DNA from: Eledone cirrhosa
Lineage: Eukaryota
NCBI GenBank assembly: GCA_964016885.1
Contig: OZ024743.1
Coordinates: 197,470,001-197,534,000, forward strand
Direction: 5' to 3'
Length of the DNA stretch: 64,000 bases
Under the pieces are notes generated by a model that saw only the letters and a program-made list of their open reading frames with translations, was not told where the DNA came from and made no database searches. Below, piece after piece: positions 1 to 13,013 of the stretch. A program made the position numbers and the translations under genes. How positions within the stretch are numbered: position 1 is the first letter of the stretch; each line of letters begins with the position of its first letter.

Positions 1-499
1 TTCAGTTTTGGTTTTAAGTTTTACCGGTTGCGGATTTCTAATGCTTTTCAAAAATAATTTTGAGATAGAGCGCCCGTGATGTTTGCCCTAATCTGATTAG
101 TTTTGGAAATACTACCTGATTTATGTAAAAAAAGTGGCTCCAAATGTATGAAAAAATTCTTGTGGTCAAAACAATTTTGATTCGTCGGTAGAAGTCATGT
201 GAATGTTAAAAATTGATTTTGCGCCAAATGTAGGTTTGTCTCGGGTGATTGAAAAGTCACTGAAAAATAAGTCTTTCAAGACAAATGTGTGTGTGTGTAG
301 TAGTAGTAAAGAGGTTCGTTGTTGTGATAATGGTCAGCAGGGATGTGTGTGCGAACCGCAGCCTGTTGACAGTTCAAATGCCTATTAAGACAAGTGTGTG
401 TGTGTGTGTGTGCGTGTGTGTGTGTGTGTGTGTAGCAGAGTAATTCGTGGTAGAGGGATGGTCAGTAGGAATGTGTCTGTACGTGTGATATATATATAT

Positions 500-534
<35 letters not shown>

Positions 535-537
535 TAT

Positions 538-1150
538 ATGAATAAATTTGTCCTTCATCAGTGATCTTCCAACCTTCATTGGTATTTCATCGCTTTAAAG
601 ACCATATACGCCGGTTGGTGCGACCAACGGCTAGAGAAAGTCGTTGGGACACGTAAATAGGGGGAACGAGCGAGACAGTAAACACCTGTGCGAGATTCCT
701 TCCTCACTCACACTTCGACCAGGTCGTATGGTCTTTATTCTCTCTCGTCTACGATTTCATAGAACTTATGTTCATCGATTTCAGGGACTTGACTCCTTCT
801 TCCTCCCGTTTGGCCTGTGCGAAATTCTTTCCTTACTCACATTTCGACCAGGTTTGATGGTCGTTATTCTCTCTCGTTCACGATTTCACAGAACTTATGT
901 TCATCGATTTCAGGGACTTGACTCCTTCTTCCTCACTCTTCGTTGCATTACCATCTTTGATTGTTTACTGTCTCGCCCGTTCCCCCTATTTACGTGTCCC
1001 AACGACTTTCTTTAGTCGTTGCTCGCACCAACCGGAGGTATATGGTGTTTAAAGCGATGAAATACCAATGAAGGTTGGAAGATCACTGATGAAGGACTAA
1101 ACTTATTCATATGTAACCCATTTGCAATCACGCAGCACGACATGTTTTCA
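538..1150. mobile_element. Inverted-repeat element in microsatellite (arms ~538-690 and ~960-1110) with an internal ~128-bp direct duplication; probable PLE-type remnant
   Basis: tccttcatcagtgatcttccaaccttcattggtatttcatcgctttaaa (551-) is the reverse complement of 1048-1096; 685-805 repeats at 813-934; a diverged relative lies at ~49930-50230. Confidence 0.6.
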
Positions 1151-1153
1151 TAT

Positions 1154-1269
<116 letters not shown>

Positions 1270-1522
1270 CTATATATCTATACATATATCTATATATATA
1301 CATATACATATATATATATCTATACATATATCTATATATCTATATATATATATTTATCTATATCTATATCTATATATATATATAATTTTATATATATATA
1401 TAAATGCACATATATATATATATATATATAACGGAGGAAATGTGGTAAAGAACCAGGTGGACCATAACGCACCAAAGTACTCAATACTTAGGGTCGTAGA
1501 GTGGGTAATAGGAACGAGTAAG

Positions 1523-1618
1523 ACCCCGACGGCTGAGCTCAAGCCGTTTCGACGGCTAATTCTGGACTAAATGAACATTTTTATCCTGGTATTTGAATAG
1601 CCGAGCTTCTCAAGGGGT
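1523..1618 (-). ncRNA. Type I hammerhead ribozyme, U3-A8 core variant (PLE left arm)
   Basis: Minus strand ACCCC-UUGAGAA-G..CGGCUA..UAGCCG.C-GAA-ACGGCU(UGAGCUC)AGCCGU-C-GGGGU; all three stems pair; GUC cleavage triplet. Confidence 0.8.
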
Positions 1619-2699
1619 AATTCCATACATGGTAAAAGTGGTTGTCACAAAGATTGGTCAAAAGTTTGTTGTTGAGACATAATAATTCTATGATGGCAAT
1701 TTGTGGAGGGAAGGGGTAGCTGAACCTGCCAGTAGGAGAAAGAGGGAGAGGGGGTGGAGGACACCCATTCATGTGTTGATAGTGCCGACTACGGCTGGGC
1801 ATGAGGTCAAAGAAGATACTAGGGAGAGGGAGGGGAGGAGGTCGAAACAATAAGTAGAACAATATGGGGTAAATATATAGAAAAATACCGAGAGTGTTAA
1901 AAAGCAATTAAATGTAAAAAAAAACAAAACAAATTCTGGTTACTACGACCTAAGTCTCTCACTGGTACTGCTAGGCTAAAGAAAGGTATACTAGGTGGGA
2001 CGGAATTATAATGAGACCCTTTTAAGAGGTATAAGTAATAAACCGAGTATATCTTACGGTGACGGGTCAACAAGTGAGGGGCCAAAATACTCAAGAAACT
2101 ACCACGAAATAATAAATAAAGGTTTCTACCCCAGGCACAAGGCCAGCAACCACCCAGTTCAAAAAAGTAAACTAATACGAAATAATAATTCAGAGTCCCG
2201 AAAAAAATACTAATATTATCTCTAAGGGTGCCGCCACGATACAAAAGTTCTAGTGCAAGCTTCATAAAAGCTCGTACGAAGTATATGTAAAATATGATAC
2301 GAAAAATTAATTCAGAATCCCCCCCCCCCCCCCCAAAAAAAAATACTGATATACCAGAAATTAAAGCAAAGATACCACTAAGAAATATAGAAAGCACGGA
2401 AAAGGGGCAGCGGTCGGATAAGAGGGCAAGTATCCGGGGGTCTAACACATCTGCTATAAAAAGCGGAGTCGGCCAAATCTATCATAGAATAGGGGAAGGG
2501 ATGGGGGTACTGAGGCTACAAAGGATCGAGGGGCTGCCTCGGGTGGGCGAGAAAAAGACGACGACAAAGAAAGAGAACTGGGGTGGAAGGACTAGGGAGG
2601 GATGGGGGGAAGAAGGAAATATAGAGGAAGCGATAAAAAGATATAAAAGAGGATCTTACGTCTACCTTTGCAAGCAGGGGTTACCCATTACAGGGTTAC

Positions 2700-4105
2700 C
2701 CATAGAGAGTTACTATGCTTCAATCACCTTACCGCTATTTACAGCTGCCTTGGACTTCGCCGAAGCACTTTTGCCCATCACCGACCAGGAAAGAAACATC
2801 ATCCTCCACGCCAGGAAGACAGTGTTACTCTTCGACAACTCCAAATGGATAAAGAGAGCTCCCGACTCACCCTTCGACGTCAGCATGGGCGCGACGGATT
2901 CGGCTGAGGTCACAGATCTTATAGGATTATTCCTAATAGCCAAACTCACTGATATGTTTCCTGCATTCGGCGGTGTATTGTACCGTGATGATGGGCTCCT
3001 TACCCTTAAAGGGTACAACCCCAGTAGTACAGATCGTGTCAGTAAACAATTAATCAGCTTCTTCCGCGACTGGGGATTTAAAATAACCCTACAAACGTCC
3101 CTGACCCGAGTAAACTTCCTGGACGTTACCCTTGACCTCGATAATGGTCTGTACTACCCATACAGGAAACCTAACGACAACCTGCACTACATCCACCGCC
3201 GGTCAAACTATTCCTAGGAACATCACCAATAACCTGGTTAAAAACATCTCCCTCCGCATATCCCGTTTGTCAGCTAATGAGCAGATATTCGAGGAACATA
3301 CGCCTTATTACAACCAGGCCCTCAAGCGGAGTGGTTTCCGGGAGGAAATATCCTACTGTCCAGCTTCCATTAGCGGAACCAGCAGACGACACCGCCGCTC
3401 ACGCAATGTAACATGGTTCAATCCTCCCACAACGCCGAGGTGACAACTCCTATCGGGAAAATCTTCTTTAGGCTCATTGAAAAACACTTCCCACTACAAC
3501 ACCGCTACCACAACATAATTAACAAAAATACCATCAAACTCTCTTACAGCACCACACCAAACTTTGCACAAAACATCGTCTCCTCTAACAACAAAAAACT
3601 CAACCCCTATGGAAGAAATAACCTAAATAGCAGTGGAGAGCCGACCAGGAGGTGCAACTGTCCTGATGGATCCATTTGCCCCCTCGACAACAGATGCAGA
3701 GATCGTAATGTGATCTACCAGTGCAACGTGAGGACGGACACCTCCAACAAAGCTTATATAGGATTAACCGCATGTGACTTCAAGACCCGGCTATACCAAC
3801 ACAGACATACCTTCCGAAACCCGGCCCGGCGTCACGCCACTACACTTTCGGGCCACATATGGGACCTCAAGGATAACAACATTACCTATGATCTCACTTG
3901 GAGCTTACTGTCCAGAGCCAACTCTTACACGGGAGGGCGCCGTCCGTGAAATTTATGCTCGGAGGAAACTTTACAAATGCTGTTTTCGACGGACCAACTC
4001 CTAAACAAGAAAGATGAACTGGTTACTGCATGTAAACACAGATTGCGTAGGACTTACCTCGCCCTCAAACCCCATAATGACCCGGGGGGTAGACTAGGGC
4101 TATAA
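2700..4105 (+). pseudogene. PLE reverse transcriptase plus GIY-YIG endonuclease, 5'-truncated, two frameshifts (~3210, ~3430), in-frame TGA at 3947-3949
   Basis: RT motifs IESYYASI, MGATDSAEVTDLIG, YRDDG, FLDVTLDL, YRKP; linker WFNPP and CNC..CPL..C; endonuclease VIYQC..KAYIGLT..FKTRLYQH; frame continues past the TGA as NLCSEE..LLNKKDEL to TAA 4103-4105. Confidence 0.92.
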
Positions 4106-5191
4106 CACCCCACTTGCCGATTTTGTAATGGGTAACCCCTGCTTGCAAAGGTAGACGTAAGATCCTCTTTTATATCTTTTTATCGCTTCCTCTATATTTC
4201 CTTCTTCCCCCTATCCCTCCCTAGTCCTTCCACCCCAGTTCTCTTTCTTTGTCGTCGTCTTTTTCTCGCCCACCCGAGGCAGCCCCTCGGTCCTTTGTAG
4301 CCTCAGTACCCCCACCCCTTCCCCTATTCTATGATAGATTTGGCCGACTCCGCTTTTTATAGCAGATGTATTAGACCCCGGATACTTGCCCTCTTATCCG
4401 ACCGCTGCCCCTTTTCCGTGCTTTCAATATTTCTTAGTGGTATCTTTGCTTTAATTTCTCGTATATCAGTATTTTTTTTTGGGGGGGGGGATTCTGATTT
4501 AATTTTCCGTATCATATTTTACATATACTTCGTACGAGCTTTGATGTAGCTTGCACTAGAACTTTTGTATCGTGGCGGCACCCTTAGAGATAGTATTAGT
4601 ATTTTTTTTCGGGACTCTGAATTATTATTTCGTATTAGTTTACTTTTTGGCACTGGGTGGTTGCTGGCCTTGTGCCTGGGGTAGAAACCTTTATTTATTA
4701 TTTCGTGGTAGTTTCTTGAGTATTTTGGCCCCTCACTTGTTGACCCGTCACCGTAAGATATACTCGGTTTATTACTTATACCTCTTAAAAGCGTCTCATT
4801 ATAATTCCGTCCCACCTAGTATACCTTTCTTTAGCCTAGCAGTACCAGTGAGAGACTTAGGTCGTAGTAACCAGAAATTGTTTATTTTTTTTTTACATTT
4901 AATTGCTTTTTAACACTCTCGGTATTTTTCTATATATTTACCCCATATTGTTCTACTTATTGTTTCGACCTCCTCCCCTCCCTCTCCCTAGTATCTTCTT
5001 TGACCTCATGCCCAGCCGTAGTCGGCACTATCAACGCATGAATGGGTGTCCTCCACCCCCTCTCCCTCTTTCTCCTACTGGCAGGTTCAGCTACCCCTTC
5101 CCTCCACAAATTGCCATCATAGAATTATTATGTCTCAACAACAAACTTTTGACCAATCCTTGTGACAACCACATTTACCATATATGGAATT

Positions 5192-5287
5192 ACCCCTTGA
5201 GAAGCTCGGCTATTCAAATACCAGGATAAAAATGTTCATTTAGTCCAGAATTAGCCGTCGAAACGGCTTGAGCTCAGCCGTCGTGGT
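5192..5287 (+). ncRNA. Type I hammerhead ribozyme, U3-A8 variant (PLE right arm; stem I mismatch)
   Basis: Same motif as 1523-1618 but the 3' strand of stem I reads GUGGU. Confidence 0.7.
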
Positions 5288-5585
5288 CTTACTCGTTCCT
5301 ATATATATATATATATATCAACTAGAAATTGATTGACATATATATATATATATATAAAATAAAAACATGAAACAATCACAGGCGATAATTTGTAAAATAT
5401 GTAAGCACACACAGCTAGGTAGGATCTATTCATTGGAATCTTTGAGCTTATTCTACGGTGGATATGGCGCATGTCACTGACATGACTCCCCTAATTTAAT
5501 TTTGGATATATATATATATTTAAAAACAGGAAAAGAATGACTTCACTTGCAGTTATAAACAAATTGATTTAATTTTATAATATTA

Positions 5586-5622
<37 letters not shown>

Positions 5623-5746
5623 ATTAAATAAATGGAAACTATATTTATAAAACCATATTTATTTCATTATATATATTTCAGGGATATCATATTAACAATA
5701 TGTTATGCCTTACTCGTTGTTAACCCAACAATTTAAATATAACTTT

Positions 5747-5807
<61 letters not shown>

Positions 5808-5995
5808 AATGGAAGTACAGCCAAATCGAAGCTTTGGCTGCCGCTAAGCTAACGAATGCAATCGGAATGTGCAGCTAAGCACTAAATAAGGTATTTTACC
5901 TTAGAGTGATGACATTACGTTTAGACAGCTTTGCAGATTGAATATAGCGACCGGTAAGCCAGCCGCAGGGAGCAAAGCAACGAGAAACCTGACTC

Positions 5996-6028
<33 letters not shown>

Positions 6029-6073
6029 TGTATGTATGTATGTATGTATGTATGTATGTATGTATGTACGTAT

Positions 6074-6685
6074 GTCAGGTCACCAGTTGGTGCTAATGGT
6101 AACATGTATTCCAGTACAACCTGTCCCATGGTCGGGTCGTTGGCGACTAAACTGGCAACCCCACCAAGGTCTCTTGGTGAGGAGAGTGACTTTGGACATC
6201 CTGCAGGACTAAAAACAAAACCTGTCAAAGGGCAAAGGAGCTCTTAAGAGTCAATGGCCATCCAAAATCACCGGGAGAGATGACCCCTTAGCCTTTGTCA
6301 AGGCAGAGTTCTAGGAGAAGGAAAACTCTGATATAACACCTGCAACTCTGATGGTATCCAATGATGTTGACATGTTCTTCTTTTTGGTAAATATCATCTT
6401 GGTTAAGAGAGTGGGACTGGCTTTGTGCAGTGCCTCTGCTCACTATAAAAGCTTCATGGCACAGGCATTGCTTTATATCTGGAGATCTCTCTGCACTTGT
6501 CGTCACATGGTACCATGGGCCCAGCACTATGTGTCAATAATTGTCACAAGTGTAGTGTTTGTACCAGAGTTTTCAAGTCGCTGGCTGGACTAAAAAGTCA
6601 CACTCGCTCAGCGCATCGGTAGGGGTTCTCCTACATGGATATAAAGTAGTGGCCGTACTCGAAAACGAGTTGGCAGCCACCACCA
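6074..6685 (+). mobile_element. ~610-bp non-autonomous retroposon, probably RTE-derived (5'UTR fused to 3' end), in (ATGT)n
   Basis: Near-identical copies at 30644, 34181 (-) and 48452; the 3' part encodes a C2H2 finger [22 protein letters not shown] at 6551-6622. Confidence 0.8.
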
Positions 6686-6731
6686 TGTATGTATGTATGT
6701 ATGTATGTATGTATGTATGTATGTATGTATG

Positions 6732-6817
<86 letters not shown>

Positions 6818-6821
<4 letters not shown>

Positions 6822-6988
6822 AAATGGCTTCTACAGGACTAGAACTATTTCATGCAGGGCTTCCTGGTGATTTCCCCAGGATGAAACAGTTCTAGTCCTG
6901 TAGAAGCTATTTCTATATTAAATATTTATACTCTGCTATGTATTGAGTACCTTTCTGTGGTTACCCCCGATTGAACCCGGGATAAACT

Positions 6989-6990
<2 letters not shown>
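6818..6990 (+). mobile_element. Short fold-back PLE-type remnant with hammerhead (6859-6907, A6G mutant core)
   Basis: GCUUC-CUGGUGA-UUUCCCCAGGAU-GAA-ACAG..CUGU-A-GAAGC; same family as 27651 and 33205. Confidence 0.75.
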
Positions 6991-7071
<81 letters not shown>

Positions 7072-7138
7072 TTATATATATATACATATATATACATATA
7101 TATATATATGTATTCACACAGACACACACACACACACG

Positions 7139-7170
<32 letters not shown>

Positions 7171-7409
7171 ATGTATGTGTGTATTACAAATCTTTATAAA
7201 TGGAAGGTAATATGCCTAATGTATTTTACAGTTTAGGCTTCATAAAAGCTTCAAATTCCATTGTGGACTTTACCTATGTGTTTAATGCCTGATGTGAAAC
7301 AGATGGTAAAGGGGTATATATTTCGAAAGTACTTAGTTGACGAACATTCGTCAAGCTACGTATAAGAAAGAAGCTTTTGCTTTTCTTTGTAATATTAATT
7401 CATTACCTA

Positions 7410-7610
7410 AGGCGGTGGATTGCCAGTATCGGTAGAGCTGATTTATGTCATTGAGGAATTACGGCCCTTTATGATCTGGGATCAAATCCTGCCGAGGTTA
7501 TCTTTGCCTTTCATCCTTATGGGGTCAATAAAATAAAGCACCAGTAACGTGCCTATAGTCGATTTAATCGATTTTTCCTTCCAAAATTTTGTCTAAATCA
7601 GAAACCAATA
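7410..7610 (+). mobile_element. tRNA-derived SINE, family A
   Basis: Head ggcggtggattgccagtatcggtagag, B-box-like tcaaatcc, body ctttgcctttcatcc..ggggtc.ataaaataaag.accag; about ten copies in the window. Confidence 0.8.
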
Positions 7611-7631
7611 TTAATTCGTAAGTGAGGGGAA

Positions 7632-8185
<554 letters not shown>

Positions 8186-8189
8186 GCCG

Positions 8190-8350
8190 TGACGGCGATG
8201 AATTTGTTTTGAAAGGTTTTTGATATGAAATCATGTGTCGAAACAAATATTGTTATACTTGGGGAGGGTCATATTGTTATAATATTGCCAGAAATAACAT
8301 AGAACACACTCATTGTTTTGTTGGTTTTCGCTTCTGTATCTTTTATATCT
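8190..8350. mobile_element. Diverged single-arm copy of the 29801-30141 family
   Basis: cggcgatgaatt..gtgtcgaaaca.atattgttata.ttggggagggt shared with 29803 onward. Confidence 0.7.
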
Positions 8351-8579
8351 CCATAGTTAATTTATTTGAAAATCAATGTTTATTATTTATTGACCATTGG
8401 TTAAAAATACAGATATAAATATATATAGTCTATCAAAGTTCTTTCGTTGCACATCTGCAACATCATCAGTGGTACTATTATGTTTCCCCCCATTGTATCG
8501 TAATGTCTACGCCATTTTCTTTTCATAATATAATGCAATACAATTTTTAATGGCGTATATATATATATATATATATATA

Positions 8580-9205
8580 TACCAAGTATACAGAGCCATA
8601 GTCCGTAGTACCCTCCTATATGGCTCAGTCTTGGGTCACTTATCGCCATCCTTTTCGACTCCTCGAGTGCTTCCACCAGCCCTGCCTCCACGCAATTCTC
8701 AGTATCCACTTGAGAGACTTTATCACCAATGTTGAAGTCTTTGAACGGGCGGAGGTTACCAGCATCGAATTCCCAACTACGCTTGGCAGGGTACATTTCC
8801 AGAATGAAGGAATACCGCCTGCCCAGGATCACGCTGTACGGTGAAATCTCCACTGGCCATCGTGTCAGTGGACATCAAGGATGCGATACAAGGACTATTT
8901 GAAAAAAATCCCTTGTTGTCTGTCCCATCGACCATTACCGGTAGTCCACTCTAGCTGAGAACTGTGATGTTTGCGTCTCAACATCAACCATGCTGTCTCC
9001 TCCTTCGAAAACACCAACAGATCCACCCTCAAGGAGAGAAGGAAGAGGAGGAAGAACCACAACGCTAAGTCATCAAGCACTTACCAGAACTGCAGCTGCC
9101 GCCGCTGCGACCGTATCTGCCTGTCTCGCATTTGCTTGAAATGCTACGAGCGTGTCTGCAGTTTACGTGGACCGCCCCTTTCATGATCTTTGCTTTCCAT
9201 GCCGT
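8580..9205 (+). mobile_element. RTE-clade LINE 3' fragment, degenerate
   Basis: YRAIVRSTLLYG, SWVTYRH..LECFHQPCL..IL, TNVEVFERAE, C-terminal CRRCDRICLSRI..C. Confidence 0.85.
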
Positions 9206-10374
9206 GATACATGTGTGTATGACGTGATATATGTGTGTATATATATATATATACTTCGTTTTCGTATTTCTTTTGCAAGATTGGCAGTATGCTCCTCTCA
9301 AGGTATAACAACATACAGATATGTATGTGTGTATGTATGCGTGTGTGTGTGTTGATAAAATACCGAAATATTTTTTAACTCTGTACTTCCCTATTATTTT
9401 TTTCCATGGAATGTTATTTTTGTCGAGGGAGGGGGGGCTATACCCCCCCCCCTCATATCTCCCGTGACTCTGCGGTCCATGATGATATACAGTGATCGTG
9501 TCAAACGACTGGTTTCATATATATAAAAAAATTAATATGCGTAATATAGTATGAGGGGGGTGGGGGGGGGTATCCTCCCTTTAGCAACTGAGCTCTTCAG
9601 TTCCAATCCTCCTGTTTATGCTAGCTTTCTTCCTTTATGTTACATATACCCAAGAGAAACCCATTAATGCTATGATTTCTCATTCCCCCTTTTAGCTCTT
9701 TGTGTCTAATAAATTAAAAAAAGAATATTCCTAGTGTAATGAATCAGAATTTTGTTGGATATAGAATATCGAAGGAACTTTAGATTCTGTAAAAATTCTA
9801 TTTTATGAGTATTCCACTAGCTCCCCCGTGTACTTAAACGAGTAATTAAAATATCTGTGTTGTAAAGCATTGGCAGATATTTTAACATATATTTCGTAAA
9901 TCAATATCATATTTAATTATACTAAATTTCAGGTTTAACCATAATTTATTACGTGTTATAAGCTGTAAAATTTCTGCCTTTCGTAATTCTATTGAGGTTG
10001 GACAATTTAACTCGCGATTTTCACCAGATGGAATAATTTCTGTTAAAATTTTAATTCAATAAAAAATTGAATATTGAAAACCGGCTTAATAATCATTTCC
10101 CTCAGACTTTTTATTTTTTGTACACAGAAATATAGTGAGCCAATGATGGATCAATCCTCTATGCGGTCACCCAGACTGCAAGAAATAGCAGTCAAATCTC
10201 CATCAAATTCAATTTTATTGAATGAAAAAAGTAAAGGACACATTGAAAAATTTAACGGAAAAAGAAGATATTATTAACCTTGTGTGTGAAAATATGTGAA
10301 CAGAAATAGTTAAGGACTCCATAGGATGGATTGTACCTGTACAGTCTGGTCACATACTGTGTCACTCTAATCCA

Positions 10375-10740
10375 TGAGTTGGCTGCCCGCAGGTGTGAGC
10401 CTCACTAGCTGGAATGGTTCTTCCAGCGCGTATCCTTCACCATCCTCCGGGGATGCGCCTTCTCTATTCTGTCGGCCGGGACCGCAAGGTGGCCAACGCG
10501 TGGGTTCCCATTTGCTCATAATACTGAGAGATGGGGAGAGCGGGATTGTCCGGCCGCTTCCTCTTTGCATCGGTCACCGTTGAAACCTCAGGCGTACTCG
10601 GACCCTGTATTTCCGCAAAATCGGAACGTCAGCAACCCGCCCGCGGAAGTATCCCACATGATGAGGTAGCTGCTGCAGCGGGTTTCACAGGACATTGACC
10701 GCGGGAATGCTTTTGCGGTCTTATCTGCGCGCATGGTCCC
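10375..10740 (+). mobile_element. Two degenerate 3' fragments of a CRE-like non-LTR element (restriction-like endonuclease)
   Basis: WFFQRVSFTILRGCA.SIL and LLQRVSQDIDRGNAFAVL resemble the QRLSxxIQRGNA C-terminal motif; relatives at 11090-11345 (-), 25040-25650 and 53970-54250 (-). Confidence 0.6.
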
Positions 10741-12067
10741 AACACCACGATCCCCTAAACCCAGAGTCCCCCCCCCTTTCTTCTGTGACCCAAGAGTCCT
10801 TGCTTCTCCACCTCTTCCTCTCATTTATGAAGCCTTTTTGATACCAACCTGGTTTTATGATATAAAACCCAATGTTGATGTATTTATTCATAATCAATTA
10901 TATTCCAATCTATTCATTCATCTTATAATAACTATTTGATACAAAACCACCTGACACCACGCCTGGATCTATGATATAAAACTGTTTATTTTAAAGTGTT
11001 TATATTTATCTGAAAACCTTCTATCATAATTTTATGTAAAACCTTTAAGTTATGTTACAAACACCAGCTCAACCTTTTTGATACTAAACTACCTGAAACC
11101 ACCCATTGGAAGGAGGGATCGCATATTGTAGAGCTAGCTTATGTTTCTAACCCTATCCAGGGTCCTGCTTTCATTGTCTGACATTAATGACATTTTAAAA
11201 AGTTACCATTCACATTCATCCTGCGTGTGGCCAACTCTGCCTTGATAATAGTGAGTAGGGAGGTGGTTCGGGAATTAAGAACCCCGGAAGTCTCCACTAC
11301 TATAGTTTCGACCACAGAACTTGTCGAAGAGCGACCGATACTTTCTTTAGCTTACAATCTTCGGCTTGACTACTAAACCTGATAACGAGGTCTCGAAATT
11401 ACAACAGATATTTTCTCATCTGCTTCTCCTACACGGTATTGTAGTTTATACATTGATATCTATTCCGTGTCACGTACTTACATGTCTTTAGATTAGGTAC
11501 GAATGACTAGGTCAGTAATTAACAGCTTTAAGAAAGTCATTAATGGTAATTACTTTATGCCCCGTGAATTTCTCATTTGTTATGCTTCTAACAATGGTAG
11601 TCAAGAGCTGTCTGGCAGCAGATGACACACACACATATACACATACTAAGTCAGTCGATGACGCACTCAAATAATCATCCGATGATACACACACACAGAC
11701 ACACACACACACTCACACATCACAAACATTTACATAGACACTCACGCACATTTTTATACACACAGTCGGCAGCAAACGCGCACTCACATATATACACAGT
11801 CAACTACAAACACACACACACACACAGTCAGTCGATAACACAAACACATACACATGCAGTCAGTCGATGATTCACACATACACACACCTGTACCAAAATT
11901 GTGGACAGAAGGAGTCTTTCAAAACAGAACAATTTTTAGCGCGAATCTAAAATAACGATTAAAAGTAGTCGCTGTTATTATCACGTAAAGTACCAGTAAT
12001 GCACTGGGTAATTGCTGGCCTTGTGCCAAAAGTAGAAACAGTTATTATCACGTAATCAGATGTGTAG

Positions 12068-12645
12068 CACTCATCAACAAAACAAGAATATACCTCTTGG
12101 CAATTCTCCCATGATTTCTGAAAGACCTGCCGCAGTGTGAATATATGGTCGGCTGTGATGCATCCGGGGAGAAAACCACACTCTTCATAAGCTAGCTTGG
12201 ACTCCACAATCTCCCTGCATCTCTTTGCCAAACACTTAGCTTGGACTTTACCGGGGATGTCCAAAAGGGATATTCCTCTATAACTGGAATGATCTCTCTT
12301 GTCTCTCTTTTTGAAAATTGGGATTATCATTCCCGATTGCCATTGCTTATGTCCCTTATCAGAGACCCAGGCTATCCAGCACACACGAGAGATATCAGCT
12401 CCGATATTATGGGCATGTCGATAGAATGCCTCAGAAAGAATTGCTGGACAGATTTTACGGGCAAAACCAACCGGCAAGGGACCCAGGGGTAGACCCCGAG
12501 CAAGATGTTTGGATAACATCCATGAGCTTGGCTAGTCTCGCTTGTGGATCCAGCCGGATTGGTTGGAAACGGTTGCCCTGACAAGACCCGATGGAAGGAG
12601 TGCTTGAGGACTCTGCCTCCATGACTTTTGCAGGAATAAGTAGGC
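12068..12645. mobile_element. LINE remnant with inverted RT piece (12068-12350, minus) joined to a plus-strand 3' end (12385-12645)
   Basis: Minus: IIPIFKK.DK....YRGISLL, ECGF.PG..TADHIFTLRQV, CFVD; plus: QLRYYGHVDRM, ending in (GAA)n. Confidence 0.8.
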
Positions 12646-12835
12646 GAAGAAGAAGAAGAAGAAGAAGAAGAAGAAGAAGAAGAAGAAGAAGAAGAAGAAG
12701 AAGAAGAAGAAGAAGAAGAAGAAGAAGAAGAAGAAGAAGAAGAAGAAGAAGGAGGCGGAGGAGGAGGAGCCGAAGAAGAAGAAGAAGAAGAAGAAGAAGA
12801 AGAAGAAGAAGAAGGAGAAGAAGAAGAAGAAGAAA
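12646..12835. repeat. (GAA)n tail of the LINE
   Basis: Read directly; the same 3' end with (TTC)n occurs on the minus strand at 58395-58635. Confidence 0.95.
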
Positions 12836-13013
12836 AACAGAGGTAGAAGGAAAAATAGGAAAAGAAGAAGATTAATAATTTCATTCTAGGCTATCTTCCA
12901 GATTCCACAATATATGTTAACATATTTTAAAAATTGTATTTAACACTAAATAACGGTGGGCAATATCAGCAAATTATTTATGCATAATAAAAGAAGGAAA
13001 GGGAAAAAGCCTC

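Larger units (their letters stand above)
1430..5302 (+). mobile_element. Penelope-like element insertion: inverted 3' region (1430-2692), 5'-truncated ORF and 3' region (2700-5302), flanked by (TA)n
   Basis: 1509-2692 is a near-identical reverse complement of 4124-5302; RT and GIY-YIG coding sequence lies between the arms; each arm carries a hammerhead. Confidence 0.93.

Noticed and set aside
1581-2448. Hydrophobic ORFs duplicated at 4331-5229
   Set aside because: They lie in the PLE 3' arm, break differently in the two copies and have no recognisable domain
2294-2700. N-terminus of the 307-aa RT ORF
   Set aside because: Chance read-through from the antisense arm; RT similarity starts only at ~2700
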